DNA from: Eledone cirrhosa
Taxonomy: Eukaryota
Assembly: GCA_964016885.1 (NCBI GenBank)
Contig: OZ024746.1
Location: 47,864,001-47,928,000, forward strand
Direction of reading: 5' to 3'
Length of the DNA stretch: 64,000 nucleotides
The position numbers were made by a program, and so were the translations under genes. Numbering within the stretch: the first letter of the stretch is position 1; every line of letters begins with the position of its first letter. Shown here piece after piece: positions 27,501-48,900 of the stretch. Under the pieces are notes generated by a model. It was given only the letters and a program-made list of their open reading frames with translations, made no database searches and was not told where the DNA came from.

Positions 27501-27827
27501 CAGAGGTTCTCAAAGTGGGCACTACTCCCCCAGCGGGTGAGAAGGTCCAGGTTGCTGGGGCCTAAGAGGGCTGTGGAGGGGCAGTAGAGATGATATAATA
27601 GTATATAAAATATCAAATGATACATATTATATATAAATATAGTAAAATGGAAAATATATAATATCTATTTATACATAGTATATATTATCTATAAATTGAC
27701 GATTTTATTTATTATATATTATTTACAATTTGCGTGTGGGCAGGTCTCTCTGGAAATAGGGTTGGGGGTGTTGGGGGTATTACGTGGCCGTGAGGGGACT
27801 GTGGCCCCAAAAGTTTGAGAACCTCTG
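27501..27827 (+). mobile_element. hAT (Charlie-like) MITE, same family
   Basis: TIR cagaggttctcaaa; perfect 8-bp TSD gtctaaac; colinear with 1009-1338. Confidence 0.93.
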
Positions 27828-28687
27828 GTCTAAACTAATGTCTACCCATGTCTAATTAATTTCTAGCACTGCCTACCACTGTCTAACAATGTTTACAATT
27901 GTCTACTGATAATTAAACACTGTTAACCATTCCCTACCAACGTTGCAACTATTGTTTATCAAAGTGGATAGAGTCAGTTTTAATCATGTACATATGTTTA
28001 ATTAACAATGTTTCACAATAAAGGTATAGTTGTTGCCAATGTGGATAAATTGTTTAACTATATTGACAAAAAGGTTTACTAATAGTTTGTCATGACTTAC
28101 CAATGTTTACAAATATTGATACCATTGTTTATCACCATTTACAAATGTTAATACCACCATTGTTTTTGTTTTTTTGTGTTTACAAATGTTTATGTCAGTG
28201 TTTACCATTTGTTCAGAAAGGTTGATACCATCATTATCAATGTTTACAAATGTTTATGTCAGTGTTTACCATTTGTTCAGAAAGGTTGATACCATCATTA
28301 TCAATGTTTACAAATGTTGATGCCAGTGTTTATTATTGTTCGGCCATGTTGACACCTTTGTTCACAAATATTGCTACTATTGTTTACCAGTGATAAACGT
28401 CAATCATACCATCGTTTACCAATGTTTATCAACGTTGACCTACCATTGTTACCAGTGTATACCAGTGTGTACAACTAGTGATACTATTAATTATGAATGT
28501 TGATGGTTTTGTTTACAAATGTTTACTACCCTCATTGCCGTTCTTTACCAAAGTTGATGCCGTTGTTTACGATGTAACATAATTGTTTATTGATAATATA
28601 TAGCAAAATCATAAACACATACCGTCAGGTTTCCCCCACCTATACGTCATAGATTATTTACTCAATTTATTCTATTATTATTATTAT

Positions 28688-28891
28688 TGGTGGATTGGCA
28701 GTATAGGTAGAGGGTCGGACACCATGCTTTGCAGCATAGAGTTACGGCTCTTTATGTTCTGAGTTCAAATCCCGCCGAAGTTAGCTTTGTCTTTCATCCT
28801 TATGGGGTCGATAAAATAAAGCACTAGTAATGTACTGGAGTCGATTTAATCAACTTTCCTCTCCCCCAAATAGCTGGCCTTGTGCCAGAAA

Positions 28892-28922
<31 letters not shown>
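28688..28922 (+). mobile_element. Dominant SINE with (ATT)n tail
   Basis: Full family consensus present. Confidence 0.88.
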
Positions 28923-28923
<1 letters not shown>

Positions 28924-29485
28924 GGAGTTTCAGTCAGTGATGTAATTTAACTGGAAAGTTTGTTCAAATAAACATCAAGCCACTACCTGCAGCCTCATAT
29001 ATTAAGGACGTATCGGAGTGTTCTTGCTGTTCCCAGCAAGCATGCCTTTTGAAGTGTTCCAAAAAGGGGCTGGACTAATGTTATTATTATTATTAATTAT
29101 TATTATTATTATCATCATCATCATCATCCATTCCTGTTTATTTATGACATTAAAGTGACAAGATGGTTATTATTTCAGTTATTGTTATTGTTGTTAATTT
29201 CGTTTTATTATTTTTTTATATTTTATTAAATATTGCTGGTTGTTTACAAATTGTTATGATCAGATCAATGATAAAAGAAAGAAAAAAATTAAAAATTGAA
29301 CTAAAATTAAATACAATAATACGTATGCATGAATATACATAACCATATACACACATACACATTCATATTTGCATATATATATACTAATGAGGTAGAAGTC
29401 CGACCAGGAGCCTGGGTGGTTTCATCTTGTAGCCTCTCCAAGCTTTCTGGGTACTGTATATATGTATATGGATGCATGTACATGA

Positions 29486-29537
<52 letters not shown>

Positions 29538-29644
29538 GTATATACATTGTGTATATATATACATATATATATATATACATATATATATATGTATATACAT
29601 TGTGTATATATATACATATATATATATATACATATATATCTATG

Positions 29645-29687
<43 letters not shown>

Positions 29688-29712
29688 ATATATATATACA
29701 CACATATATATC

Positions 29713-29756
<44 letters not shown>

Positions 29757-29780
29757 TATATATATATATACACACATATC

Positions 29781-29820
<40 letters not shown>

Positions 29821-29844
29821 TATATATATATATACACACATATC

Positions 29845-29886
<42 letters not shown>

Positions 29887-29980
29887 TATATATATACATA
29901 CATATCTATGTATATATATTTATATATAGATATAGATAAATAAATATACACGGGTGTGTATGATTGTGTATAGAAGATTA

Positions 29981-30340
29981 TATTAATAAAAGGAATTCCA
30001 ACTTTGTCTGATTTACTCGTTTTATTTACAATCCTTTAAAATTTATAATGGTATTAGAATGAAATAGTATGGCAGAATATTAACTGTTAAGTGTTAATTG
30101 AACAAGTACTTTCATGCTTTCGCAATCTTCAGGTTCATAATGTGTGGTGACAGTCAAGTTTGCAATTTTCAACTTTGTTGAAAATTGCAAACTTGACTGT
30201 CACCACACATTATGAACCTGAAGATTGCGAAAGCATGAAAGTACTTGTTCAATTAACACTTAACAGTTAATATTCTGCCATACTATTTCATTCTAATACC
30301 ATTAGTAAATCAGACAAAGTTGGAATTCCTTTTATTAATA
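29981..30340. repeat. Long palindrome: perfect 128-bp arms (30046-30173 / 30177-30304) plus 37-bp outer arms; each inner arm carries a hammerhead skeleton
   Basis: Direct arm comparison; loop ttt. tgaac CTGAAGA ttgc GAAA gca..tac TT gttca at 30213-30251. Confidence 0.93.
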
Positions 30341-30380
30341 AATATATATATAAATATATATATACATATCTATGTATATC

Positions 30381-30430
<50 letters not shown>

Positions 30431-31300
30431 TGTGTATATATATATCCATATTATACACATTATATATTATATATGTGCATATATATGTGCATGTATACAA
30501 ACACATAGACACATAGAAACACACACACACACACATATTATACATGTATATATATGCATATATTATATAAAATGTTAACAAATGAAACTATTAACCTATA
30601 CCGATTGTTTACATGTATATTAAAAGTATATGAAAGTAAGTCATAAATAATGTTTCACGTTAGAAGGCCTACTAATAAAAATTGATTGGAAAAAAATTTA
30701 TAATGTTTTATCTATGGTGTTTGTTGATCTTTTTTTGTTTTGTTTTGTTTTGTGTTGTTTTTGCTGACAGTGAGTCAGGGTGTGGCTTTCCTTGCATATT
30801 GAGACCACCAGTTATATTGAGCAGACAAGACCTATCGGGGGTTCGAAAATAATGAAAACGTTTGTTTCAGCAAGCACTGTAGAACGCTACCAGCATGATG
30901 AGAGACTTTAGAAGCCTTGGTCATCCAGACATATTGCAAGACATCTTGTTGTCTTGCCTCTCGAAAAAATATATATGTGAGCATGTGTGCAAGAGAGGAA
31001 GAGAGAGAAAGATGGGGATGAGCGTTATGCAACAAACCCTTAAATCTAAATTATGCACCACAAGTGATGACATCACAAACTGTACAATCAAATCATATAG
31101 TAAAGGGGACTTGGGATGCTGCAGGTAGGGATATGTCAAAAACTGTGTTGACAAACCTACACATAGGAGAATCATTATATAGGTGTTCTATGATTGGACA
31201 GAGGCAAAGGTAGAGTAATGACGGTGAGTAGGCCTAGCTTCTATGAGATTTTGATGTTATTAATATTGATAACAATACCTTAACAATGCTAAAGGGTTAA

Positions 31301-31521
31301 CCCTTTAGCATTTAAACTGGCCATATCCGGCTAGAATTCTCTCACCTCTTTCTGTTCAAACTGGCTGTGACCAACTGCTTATACTGATGTTAAGGTATTG
31401 TTATCAATATTAATAACATTAAAATCTCATAGATTTGAAATTATGTGAGATAATTATGTAAGATAAAACCTTTACCACAAAAATACAATAGTATATATAG
31501 AGTAATGTAAATGCTAAAGGG
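31301..31521 (+). mobile_element. TTAA-flanked (piggyBac-type) MITE
   Basis: TTAA|ccctttagcattta...taaatgctaaaggg|TTAA. Confidence 0.88.
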
Positions 31522-32089
31522 TTAAGGCTCTATTCAGTAACTCACTGACATCAGTTTTAAAATAATATCAAAAATGAGTTTGCTTATCATACAGCCCTTA
31601 GTAATGCAACTATCATTGATAACAATTCTAGGACATATTAAATTAATTGTTCTCCAATCTTGAGATATGATAAATACATCAGGTTTATTTAAATCATAAA
31701 TTTGAAGTAACATAAAACTTCAATTTCTGAAAGCGATATTAACATTATTATTATTTCAATAATTATTACAGTCACTTTCTCTCTGAAACATACATATAGA
31801 CCAGGTCCGAACACAAAGGAACCAAACTCCTACCGTCACTGCCTCTGTCTCTCCTGCTCTCCCCATCTCTCACTATTATGAGCAAATGGGGGCCCATGCA
31901 CTGGCCACACCTGGCCCCAGTGGACTGAGTGCCTGGCAGCCCCTGCGGACATAATAGAGAATGTGTTTCCCCAGAGGATGGTGAGGGAGACTCACTGGAT
32001 CCTTAACCTAGCAAAACAGGACTTTGTTGGTGTTGATGGTATATCAAATTACATACAAAGAGGTCACTAGTTCATATCCTATTACTGGT

Positions 32090-32365
32090 ATTATGCTATG
32101 AATGACCTCATGCGCTGCAAGCAGTGCGTTGAGCCGGTGCTTATCCTGGTTTCATGGTGTGAAGTGACTGAGAGTACAAGACTCCCCCTGGACAGGACGC
32201 CAGTCAAACCTCTAGCTGGTACTCATTTTCAGCTGAGTATACTGGAGCGATGTGAAATTAAGTGTTTTGCTCAAGAACACAATATGCAACCCAGCCCAAG
32301 AATAGAACCACCGACATTATGATCGTAAGTCCAACACCCGTATCACTAGGCCACATGCCTTCACC
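32090..32365 (-). mobile_element. tRNA-derived CORE-type SINE, near full length
   Basis: Reverse complement begins gtgaaggcatgtggcctagtg, homologous to 2511-2631. Confidence 0.8.
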
Positions 32366-32756
32366 ATATTATGTTATGACCATGGCCAAAATAATTAGCT
32401 GTCAGAGAACAAGTTCACCTAGCTGATAATTATATTCTAAATAGTGGCATGGTTAATTGATTACAGCAGGGAAAATATGATGACATTGACAAATGTTCTA
32501 ATGTGTTGTATTCAACTATTTTCTCTGAGTGTGGCTACATGAGAAGTTAGTTCCAGTCCTGTGATATACAGTTCAAACTCTTCATGTGGAAGATTGAAGG
32601 CATATATGAAACTGACATCTATATACTCTTCCTGATAATAACATATTCAGAGATGTTTCTATAATCCAATAAATTATGAGATTCCCAATCACTTTGTTGT
32701 CAGCAAGTAAATGTAGAGATGGTAAATGACAAAGAAGGATAATAAAACAGTTTTAA

Positions 32757-32977
32757 CCCTTTAGCATTTAAATCAGCCATATCTGGTCAGAATTCTCTCG
32801 CCTCTTTCTGTTCAAACCAGTCGTAAGCAGCTGCTCATACCGATGTTAAGGTAATGTTCTCAAAATACATATCAAAATCTCATAGATAATTATGTGAGAT
32901 AATAGATAATTATGTGTGATAAAGCCTTTTCTGTGAAAATACAATAGTAAATATAGAGTAATGTAAATGCTAAAGTG
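32757..32977 (+). mobile_element. TTAA-flanked MITE, same family
   Basis: Colinear with 31301-31521; right TIR slightly decayed. Confidence 0.85.
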
Positions 32978-33285
32978 ATAATCTGTAGTTAGGAATAACT
33001 CTTTAGTGTCCGCGGTCTTCTAATAGTAATTTCAATTCACAGTAGAGTACAAAACGTCATGACCATATTTTGATTGGTATTTGAGAATGTACATGCTGGG
33101 AAAGGGTAATAATATCTACGAGCTGTAACTCCAGGGAGAAGCAGCACTGTTTTTCTGGTGATGGGAGGTAGAATTAGAACACAATCCAGAGCTGGAACAG
33201 TTACAGTAAAGCCCTAATTCCAAAGAGACCTGCCTACACACAAATTGTAAATATATAATAAATAAAATTAACTTATATATAAAAA

Positions 33286-33464
33286 ATAATTGTTTCTACT
33301 TTTGGTACAAAGCCAGCAGTTATCCCAGTGCATTATTGGCATTTTATTTTATTGACACCATAAGGATGGGAGGCAAAGTGAACCTCAGCAGAATTTGAAC
33401 TTAGACCATCAAGGGCCGTAACTCTATGCTGCAAAGCATGGTGTCTGACCCTCTACCGATACTG
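33286..33464 (-). mobile_element. Dominant SINE
   Basis: Reverse-complement family consensus. Confidence 0.85.
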
Positions 33465-33611
33465 GATATTTTACTATATTTATGTATAATATGTATCATT
33501 TGATATCTCATAAACTATTATATCAACTATACTGCCCTCTTAGGCCCCAGTGCCCCCTGGACCTTCTGAATGCCCACCATGGGTCGATAGCGCCCACTTT
33601 GAGAAACTCTG
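33465..33611 (-). mobile_element. Half copy of the same hAT MITE, fused to a SINE
   Basis: Reverse complement of the left half of 27501-27827, ending tttgagaaactctg. Confidence 0.75.
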
Positions 33612-33839
33612 CAGTAAAGCATCTTGCTTAACCGTTTAACAATTCCACATCATCATCTCCTGGATGGCTAATTCATCGACTCTGAAAGGAGCCAAGGGTA
33701 AGGTGACCTTGGCATGATTTAGTGAGTTGGAACAAATACCAAGGTATTTAATCTTATACTGAAATTACTCTCTCAATTAGTAGTCACTAGATACTCCTGA
33801 ACTTGACTACAACGGAAACAAGCTAGATGTATTCATTAA

Positions 33840-34047
33840 CCCTTTAGCATTTACATTACTCTATATTTACTACTATATTTTATTGGTTAAGGCTTTATCT
33901 CACATAATATCGAATCTATGAGATTTTGATATTATTTATTTTGAGAACAATATCTTAACATCAGTATGAATAGCCAGTTACAGCTGCTTTGAACAGAAAG
34001 AGGTGAGAGAATTCTGGCTGGATATGGCCGGTTTAAATGCTAAAGGG
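33840..34047 (-). mobile_element. TTAA-flanked MITE, same family, inverted
   Basis: Both TIRs and both TTAA intact; interior is the reverse complement of the 31301 copy. Confidence 0.88.
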
Positions 34048-34519
34048 TTAAGTTAATAACTGTCTTGGTTTCTTGGAATAAATTTTAAAAAATCTAATGA
34101 TGGATACATGCAGTACATCCAAGTAGCAATATACAACTAGTATATCATATACTAACATACTATACATATATTATCATTTATTAACTAAGGCTTCATTGCT
34201 CCGCTATTCCAAGTTTTCAGTTTCAAATGAACAAACAATGACCTATATTGAGTACTTTTTCTCCTGGTTGTACACAGAAACACATACTGATTTCAGCTAC
34301 CTTGGAGGGATTTAGTTAATTTTGCTGACCTCCAATAGATATTTTTTTTCTGCCTCATACTTATTTTATCGATATGTTTTTGTCAAACTGTTAAGTTACA
34401 GAACAGTAAAAACACAGCTATACATATATACACAACTGGCATCTGCAGTTTCCATCTATCAAATTTCATTCACAAAGCATTGATTAACCCAAAGCTACTT
34501 GCTCAAGTTGCCACACAGC

Positions 34520-35164
34520 ATTCAGTAATCAGAAGAAGGATTAGCGTTACTTGATAAAGTGTGTAGCTTGGAGATCAGAGAATCACTTCAGGTAGAGCCG
34601 CTACTTCTCCGAATTGAGAGATCACAGCTCTGATACTATGGCCATGAGATTAGAATGTCTCAGAACAGAATCGCTGGACAGTGGTAGGTGTAAAACCCAA
34701 ACTCGCTATCTTCAATTCAGTTTTTGTATCAATCCTTACATATAGTCATGAATCTTGGGTAATGACCGAAAGAATAGGATCGCGAATACAAGTGGCCAAA
34801 ATGGGATTCCTCCAAAGGGTTTTTGGATTAATGTTACTTAATAAAGTGTGTAGTTCAGAGATCAGAGAATCACTCCAGGTAGAGCCGCTACTTCTCTGAA
34901 TTGAGAGATTACAGCTCTGATACTATGGGCATGAGATTAGAATGTCTTGAGAAAGAATCGCTGTACAGGTTTTACAGGCAAAACCAACTGGTAGGAGACC
35001 CAAGAGTAGACCCCCAAGCAAGATGGTTGGATAACATCCATGAGCTTCGCTGGTAACACTTGGGGATTCAGCTGGATAAGTTGCTTCTGAAAGGACCCGC
35101 TGGAAGGAGTATTTGAGGACTCTGCCCCCACGACTCTCCCAGGAATAAGCGGGCGAAGAAGAAG
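34520..35164 (+). mobile_element. RTE-type LINE 3' fragment with (GAA)n tail and an upstream duplicated segment, nested in a minus-strand SINE
   Basis: LTYSHESWVMTERIGSRIQVAKMGFLQRV..EIRESLQVEPLLL..YYGHEIRM. 34538-34678 repeats 34826-34965. Flanks gccacacagc / gctacacagc (putative TSD). SINE halves at about 34330-34519 and 35165-35231. Confidence 0.85.
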
Positions 35165-36350
35165 CTACACAGCGGGAGTGAACCTGAAATCCTGTGGTTG
35201 CACAATCAACTCCTTAACATACAGCTATGCTCATATTAAATAAAGGTAATTTAAAACAAACAATTTTTATATATTTAATCCATAACAAGCCTAAATAACC
35301 TTAGAGAGAGAGAGTGTGTGTGTGTGATTGACAGACAGACAGAGAATTTAAAAAAAAAACAACAAAAGATCTTTTCAATTAAATATCAATAGGTTTAATA
35401 TCAAATTTGTTTGCAGAAATATGTAAGAAATAATTCTAAATTAAGTAAATAAAACAATAAAAATAATACTATATATATATATATATATATATACACATAA
35501 ATTAGAAATACTTGGTAAAAAAAAGAAGAAAAAAAGGGAATATTTAAACTAAAATGTTGAAGACAATTTTCAAAGATTATAACTAAAAAAAAACTCATTA
35601 GAAACAAATAATAAAAAAATAAATAAATGAAGACAAATAAAATAATAACAATATAAATAAATGTAGAAAAGTTAGTATGTTTGTGTTTTTTTTTTACACC
35701 AATTCTCAAACTGACACACCATGATAATTTAAAGAAAAAAAACGTGAAAAAGTATTTCCAAATAAATAAATAGATAGATAAATAAATAGAAAGATAGATA
35801 TATTATAGGATCAAGGGGAGGGGGAAAACCCTCAGATATTTTTTTTATTGTTGTTGTTGTTTAAAACAGGAGTAATACACAAGAAGCAAACAATATAAAA
35901 TCTCTTGATAGTAGATGGCTTGTTTGATGGACATGACATTGAGGTACATCTCTGTATTTTAATTATATATATTTTTTTGGTAAATTTTTTCAATGTGTAA
36001 ATTAAATTCTTGTTGGTATGACCACTCACTACAATCTTTTAATATATATATATGATATATATATATGTATGTAAATATGTGTATATATGTATATAGATTA
36101 TGTATTTTATTTGTATGTGTGTGTGTTGGTGTGTGCATATATATATATATATATTTTTTTTTTTTAGAGTCCACGATAAGAAATTATTTTTTCGAGAAGG
36201 CTACAAATCAAAGAAGGTATATTAATTTATTAAGGAATGGATGCTTGAAATTTGTACAGCTGTTTCAATTCCTTGGTATGTATCGATGAAGAATTACCAC
36301 TGTTTTCGAACACTTGTACAAATGTAAAGTAGCTATTTTTTAATAAATTA

Positions 36351-36387
<37 letters not shown>

Positions 36388-36479
36388 GATATTATATATG
36401 TATATGTATTATTGTGGAGTTGCGACTTCACTCTGTCGCTAAGCTGAGTTCCCCTTGTTTCTATTCTTCACGCTGATAC

Positions 36480-44880
<8,401 letters not shown>

Positions 44881-45214
44881 TTGAGTTAGTTACTAAAATC
44901 CTTTTTTTTTGTTGGTGGGGGGGTCATAAATGTTTTTATTTTTAATATCTTTCTCTTGAAAGTGAATAAAAAAAGATTTCTAAAAAAAAAAAAAGAAATA
45001 CAAATGAAATATTTTTTGTATTTTTGTTAATAAATAACATATGGAGGGTTAATAAATTAGTTAGTTACAAAAAAAGAAAAGAGTTAAAACTTACAAATGA
45101 ACACACATGCACACAGAAACACAAAAATATTTGAATCATGAAAGTGTTGAGAAAATGAAAGGTCAATGAAAGCAACAATGAATTCCAGAGAGAGAGTCTA
45201 TATATTTAATAACT

Positions 45215-45985
45215 CTAACAGTAGCAAAAAGCCAGCAATTGGGGGTGGGGGGTGGGGGGAGAGAGAAGAAAGTTGATTATATCAATCGCAGTACTTAACT
45301 GGTACCCATTTTATCAACCCCGGATGGATGATCTCAGAATGTAGAAAACCATATCTAAATACAACAAAGCATTTTGTCTGACGCTTTTCCGATCCTGCCA
45401 ATCCACTGCTCTTTTTCTTCTAATAATAACAATAATGTTTCTACTTTTGGCACAAAGCCAGCAATTACCCCAGTGCATTACTGGTGCTTTATTTTATTGA
45501 CCCCATAAGGATGAAAGGCAAAGTTAACCTCAGCGGGATTTGAACTCAGAACGTAAAGGGCCATAACTATGCTACAAACATGGTGTCTGACGCTCTACCG
45601 ATACTGCCAATCCACTACCCTGATAATAATAATAATTAGTATCTAATTTAGGCACAAGGCCAGAAATTTGGTGGCTGGGGAAAGTCAATCATACCCACTC
45701 TTATCATTTCAACTGGTACATTATTTTTCAATAGTTGACCGAGGCAGGATTTGAAATCAAAATGTAAAGATCTGGAAAACATACAGCAAAGATTTGTAGC
45801 CAATGCTGTATTAATTCTGCCAATCCTAATAATAATGATTTAGGCACAAGACCAGCAATTTAGTAGGTGGAGGGTTAAGTCGATTAAGTCGACTCTAGTA
45901 CTGGATTGGTACTTATTTTATCAAAGTGGGAGGGATAAAAGGCATAAGGAACCTTGGTGGGATTTGAACTCAGAATGTAAAAACT
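45215..45985 (-). mobile_element. Cluster of four dominant-SINE copies
   Basis: Repeated ggcacaag..cagcaat...ggatttgaactcaga...tgccaatcc blocks. Confidence 0.82.
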
Positions 45986-48900
45986 AAATGAACAAATAAA
46001 TAATCTGAATACCACTATAAGTAAAGTTAATTTCAATATGTGATCTTTTGTGGTTATTAAAATATATAAAATAAATAAAAAATAATGAACTAATATCTTT
46101 CAGAAATTCTGAAATAGAATTATTTTTTCAAAATAATATAAACAAAACCTTTCATAATATTCTATATCAAATGACTACTTTTTATTTTCCTTTTCATTTG
46201 TTTCATATATTAACTTAAGGAATCTTAATATTATCCTATGTTTGATATAGGGCTTCAAAGAACGGCGGTGTGAGGGGCTGTGTTGTGGTCAATTACACTT
46301 GTTCTTTCTGGGTTAACCAGTAGAAGATCACTCACCAATTTTGTTGTCAGCAGCAAATATTAGGAAGAACAATCAATTAATTGGAAAAGTGAAGACCGCT
46401 ATGGAAAAAGGAACTATATATATTAGAGACAGGGAGTGGGGAGGAATAGAAAGACATAAAGTAAGGTCTAAGATAGTTTATATTAGGATTTGTCAGTGTA
46501 TACAGTAAGGTTAACAAAGATCAGGTAGGCATCCACCAAAGTCATTTGATTAGTACTCTGCCATTGATAAATTACGAGGTTACAAATTATACATTTGCTC
46601 GCAGTAGTATCAAATAATTTCCTCCTAATGACATGACTACGTGGATTGGCGCCTATATCTAAATATTTGTATTTTCTTTACTTTCCATGCCTGAAAATAA
46701 TAACGCACCAAATGAAAAGAATCATCACTCAATAACCAAACATGTATTTGTATTATTACCTCCCTTGACTTTTCCTAATAAGACGAGAGTTATCTCCCCA
46801 TGCCCATAGCGTAATCCTGTACTGACAAAAATGTCCAGTTTTGTACCGATTTATATTGCGTGTAAATCACCGTATTTTGACAAGGACAAGTTTGTTTGAG
46901 TTGAATTGAAGAAAACACAAAAAAAAAATAACCCCCAGATAATCTAATGAAATTCCATTATAAAACAACAATGTCAATCAGTCTTTTATTAGTCATTCTA
47001 TTAAATGTAACACTTTACCTTCAAATTTCAACAGGTTAAAGGTTCCACCTCCCCTAAACACACTGTTTATCACTGGGCAAAAAATGAAGGACTAAGTGCT
47101 TGTATACACATATCTGTATTGGAGATTAATATATGTATGCATGTGTGTTTATATATATGTATATACACCATACATGTAAATATATAATTTATATATTACA
47201 GACTTCATAAACAAACTTATACAATAAATACATAACACACACACACACCTATATATATATATATAAAATCAAACTCAATATTATCCATGAAATATAAAAA
47301 CATAGATCAATAATAATCCAATACAGAACAAATCAATTATTTCATTTTTTTTGTTTGTTTTTCTAAATTTCATTCTTTTTTTTTTTTAATATTTCAACAC
47401 AAGGATTATATATAAAGATGGGGCATGGGTCAAATGGAAGCAGAGAAGAATTATTAATACAGATTATTGTTGTTATTACTATTACACATTATTCAAGACA
47501 ATATCACACAAAAAAAAAAAAAATGCTTTAAATTACTAGTAGTAGTAATCATGCGTTTAGAGAGAAACACATGCAATGTTTATTTATACATCATACAGTA
47601 GTGGATGAACAGAACATTTGCTTGCTTTCTTGCCTCCTGTGTGTGCGTTCTTAGCTGTTTCAGGCAGTACTGGCAGTTCACCAGCTTCCCCATAGTCTCT
47701 CACTCTCTCTCTTACATACACTCACATATACTTTCATACATACACGCAACTGCACTGATGATTTAATACTTTCTATAATTGCTTTGATTTTTTTTTTTCA
47801 GTTGTTTACTTTTGGCTTGGTTTTATTTTATTTATTTTTTGTTTGCTGTTTTTTTTGGGTTTTGTGTTGTTTTGTTTTGTGTTTTTTTTTTCTTTCTTCA
47901 TATATATTTATTATTATAATTTAATGTTTTTAAAATATAAATATACATTATAAATTGATGAAAGTCTCTTGTACATAGGACCTTTTTTTAAATTTTATTC
48001 AGAATATTTTTGGGGAAAAAAAAAAAAGAAAAAAAAAGTCTCTAAATATAATTAGCTGAAATACAATTATCATTATTATTATTATTAATAATATTTTTCT
48101 AATATAAATATCCAAGCTCAATTGTAGAAAAGTACATTAAAATTAAAGAAAGAAAAACTTTTTTTTAAATAGTAAGTAAAATATTGATTTCTAAATTAAG
48201 CTGAAGGCCATTTTTTTTTTCATTGTAGAGGAAGCTTTATAGTCAATTGAATTGAAGAATTGATTCCCAATATATTACTGGTACTTATATAGACACACCT
48301 CCCTCTCACACACACATACAGACTCCCCTGCAGAGATGATAAAAGAAAAAAGAAAATAAACTCAACACTAGCAGGATGTGAACTCAGAACATACAGGAAT
48401 AAAAGTATATATTGTAAAGGATTTTCTTTTTCATCAGGCACTCTACTGTCTCAGCAACCTCCACTGCATTAATATAAATCCAACATGACAATTAACTAAT
48501 TTCAGAATAGGACAAAATAAAATATATTATCTCAAATTCCCACCAGCTTAGATCAATTCTTTTACTATAAACAAATTTATATTTATCTCAATTTATCACC
48601 CTGCCCTCCCCAAAATACTTTTGCAATACATATTTTTTCTCCCACCTTGTAATTGCTTTATTGTTAACTAGTAGTAGAGTTGATAAAATTACTTGATAGA
48701 CTTACCTAGAGACGACACAGAAAGAGACACATAAAATTAAACCCTAAAGTTATCAAACAAGATGACTATGTGGACACTACAGTTTCAATTTGATTGAAGC
48801 TATTTCAATACAACCTAGTCAGATTCAAACTCTTTGCTGTCATTATTATTATTATGAAACCACAAATGAAACTTGTTAAACATGATCTCAAATATTTAAT

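Larger units (their letters stand above)
26945..28600. repeat. Degenerate short-period satellite (TGTTTACCAA / TGTTGATACCA-like units), interrupted by a SINE and a MITE
   Basis: Dozens of tgtttac / tgttgat variants; exact 64-bp tandem duplication 28177-28240 / 28241-28304. Confidence 0.75.
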
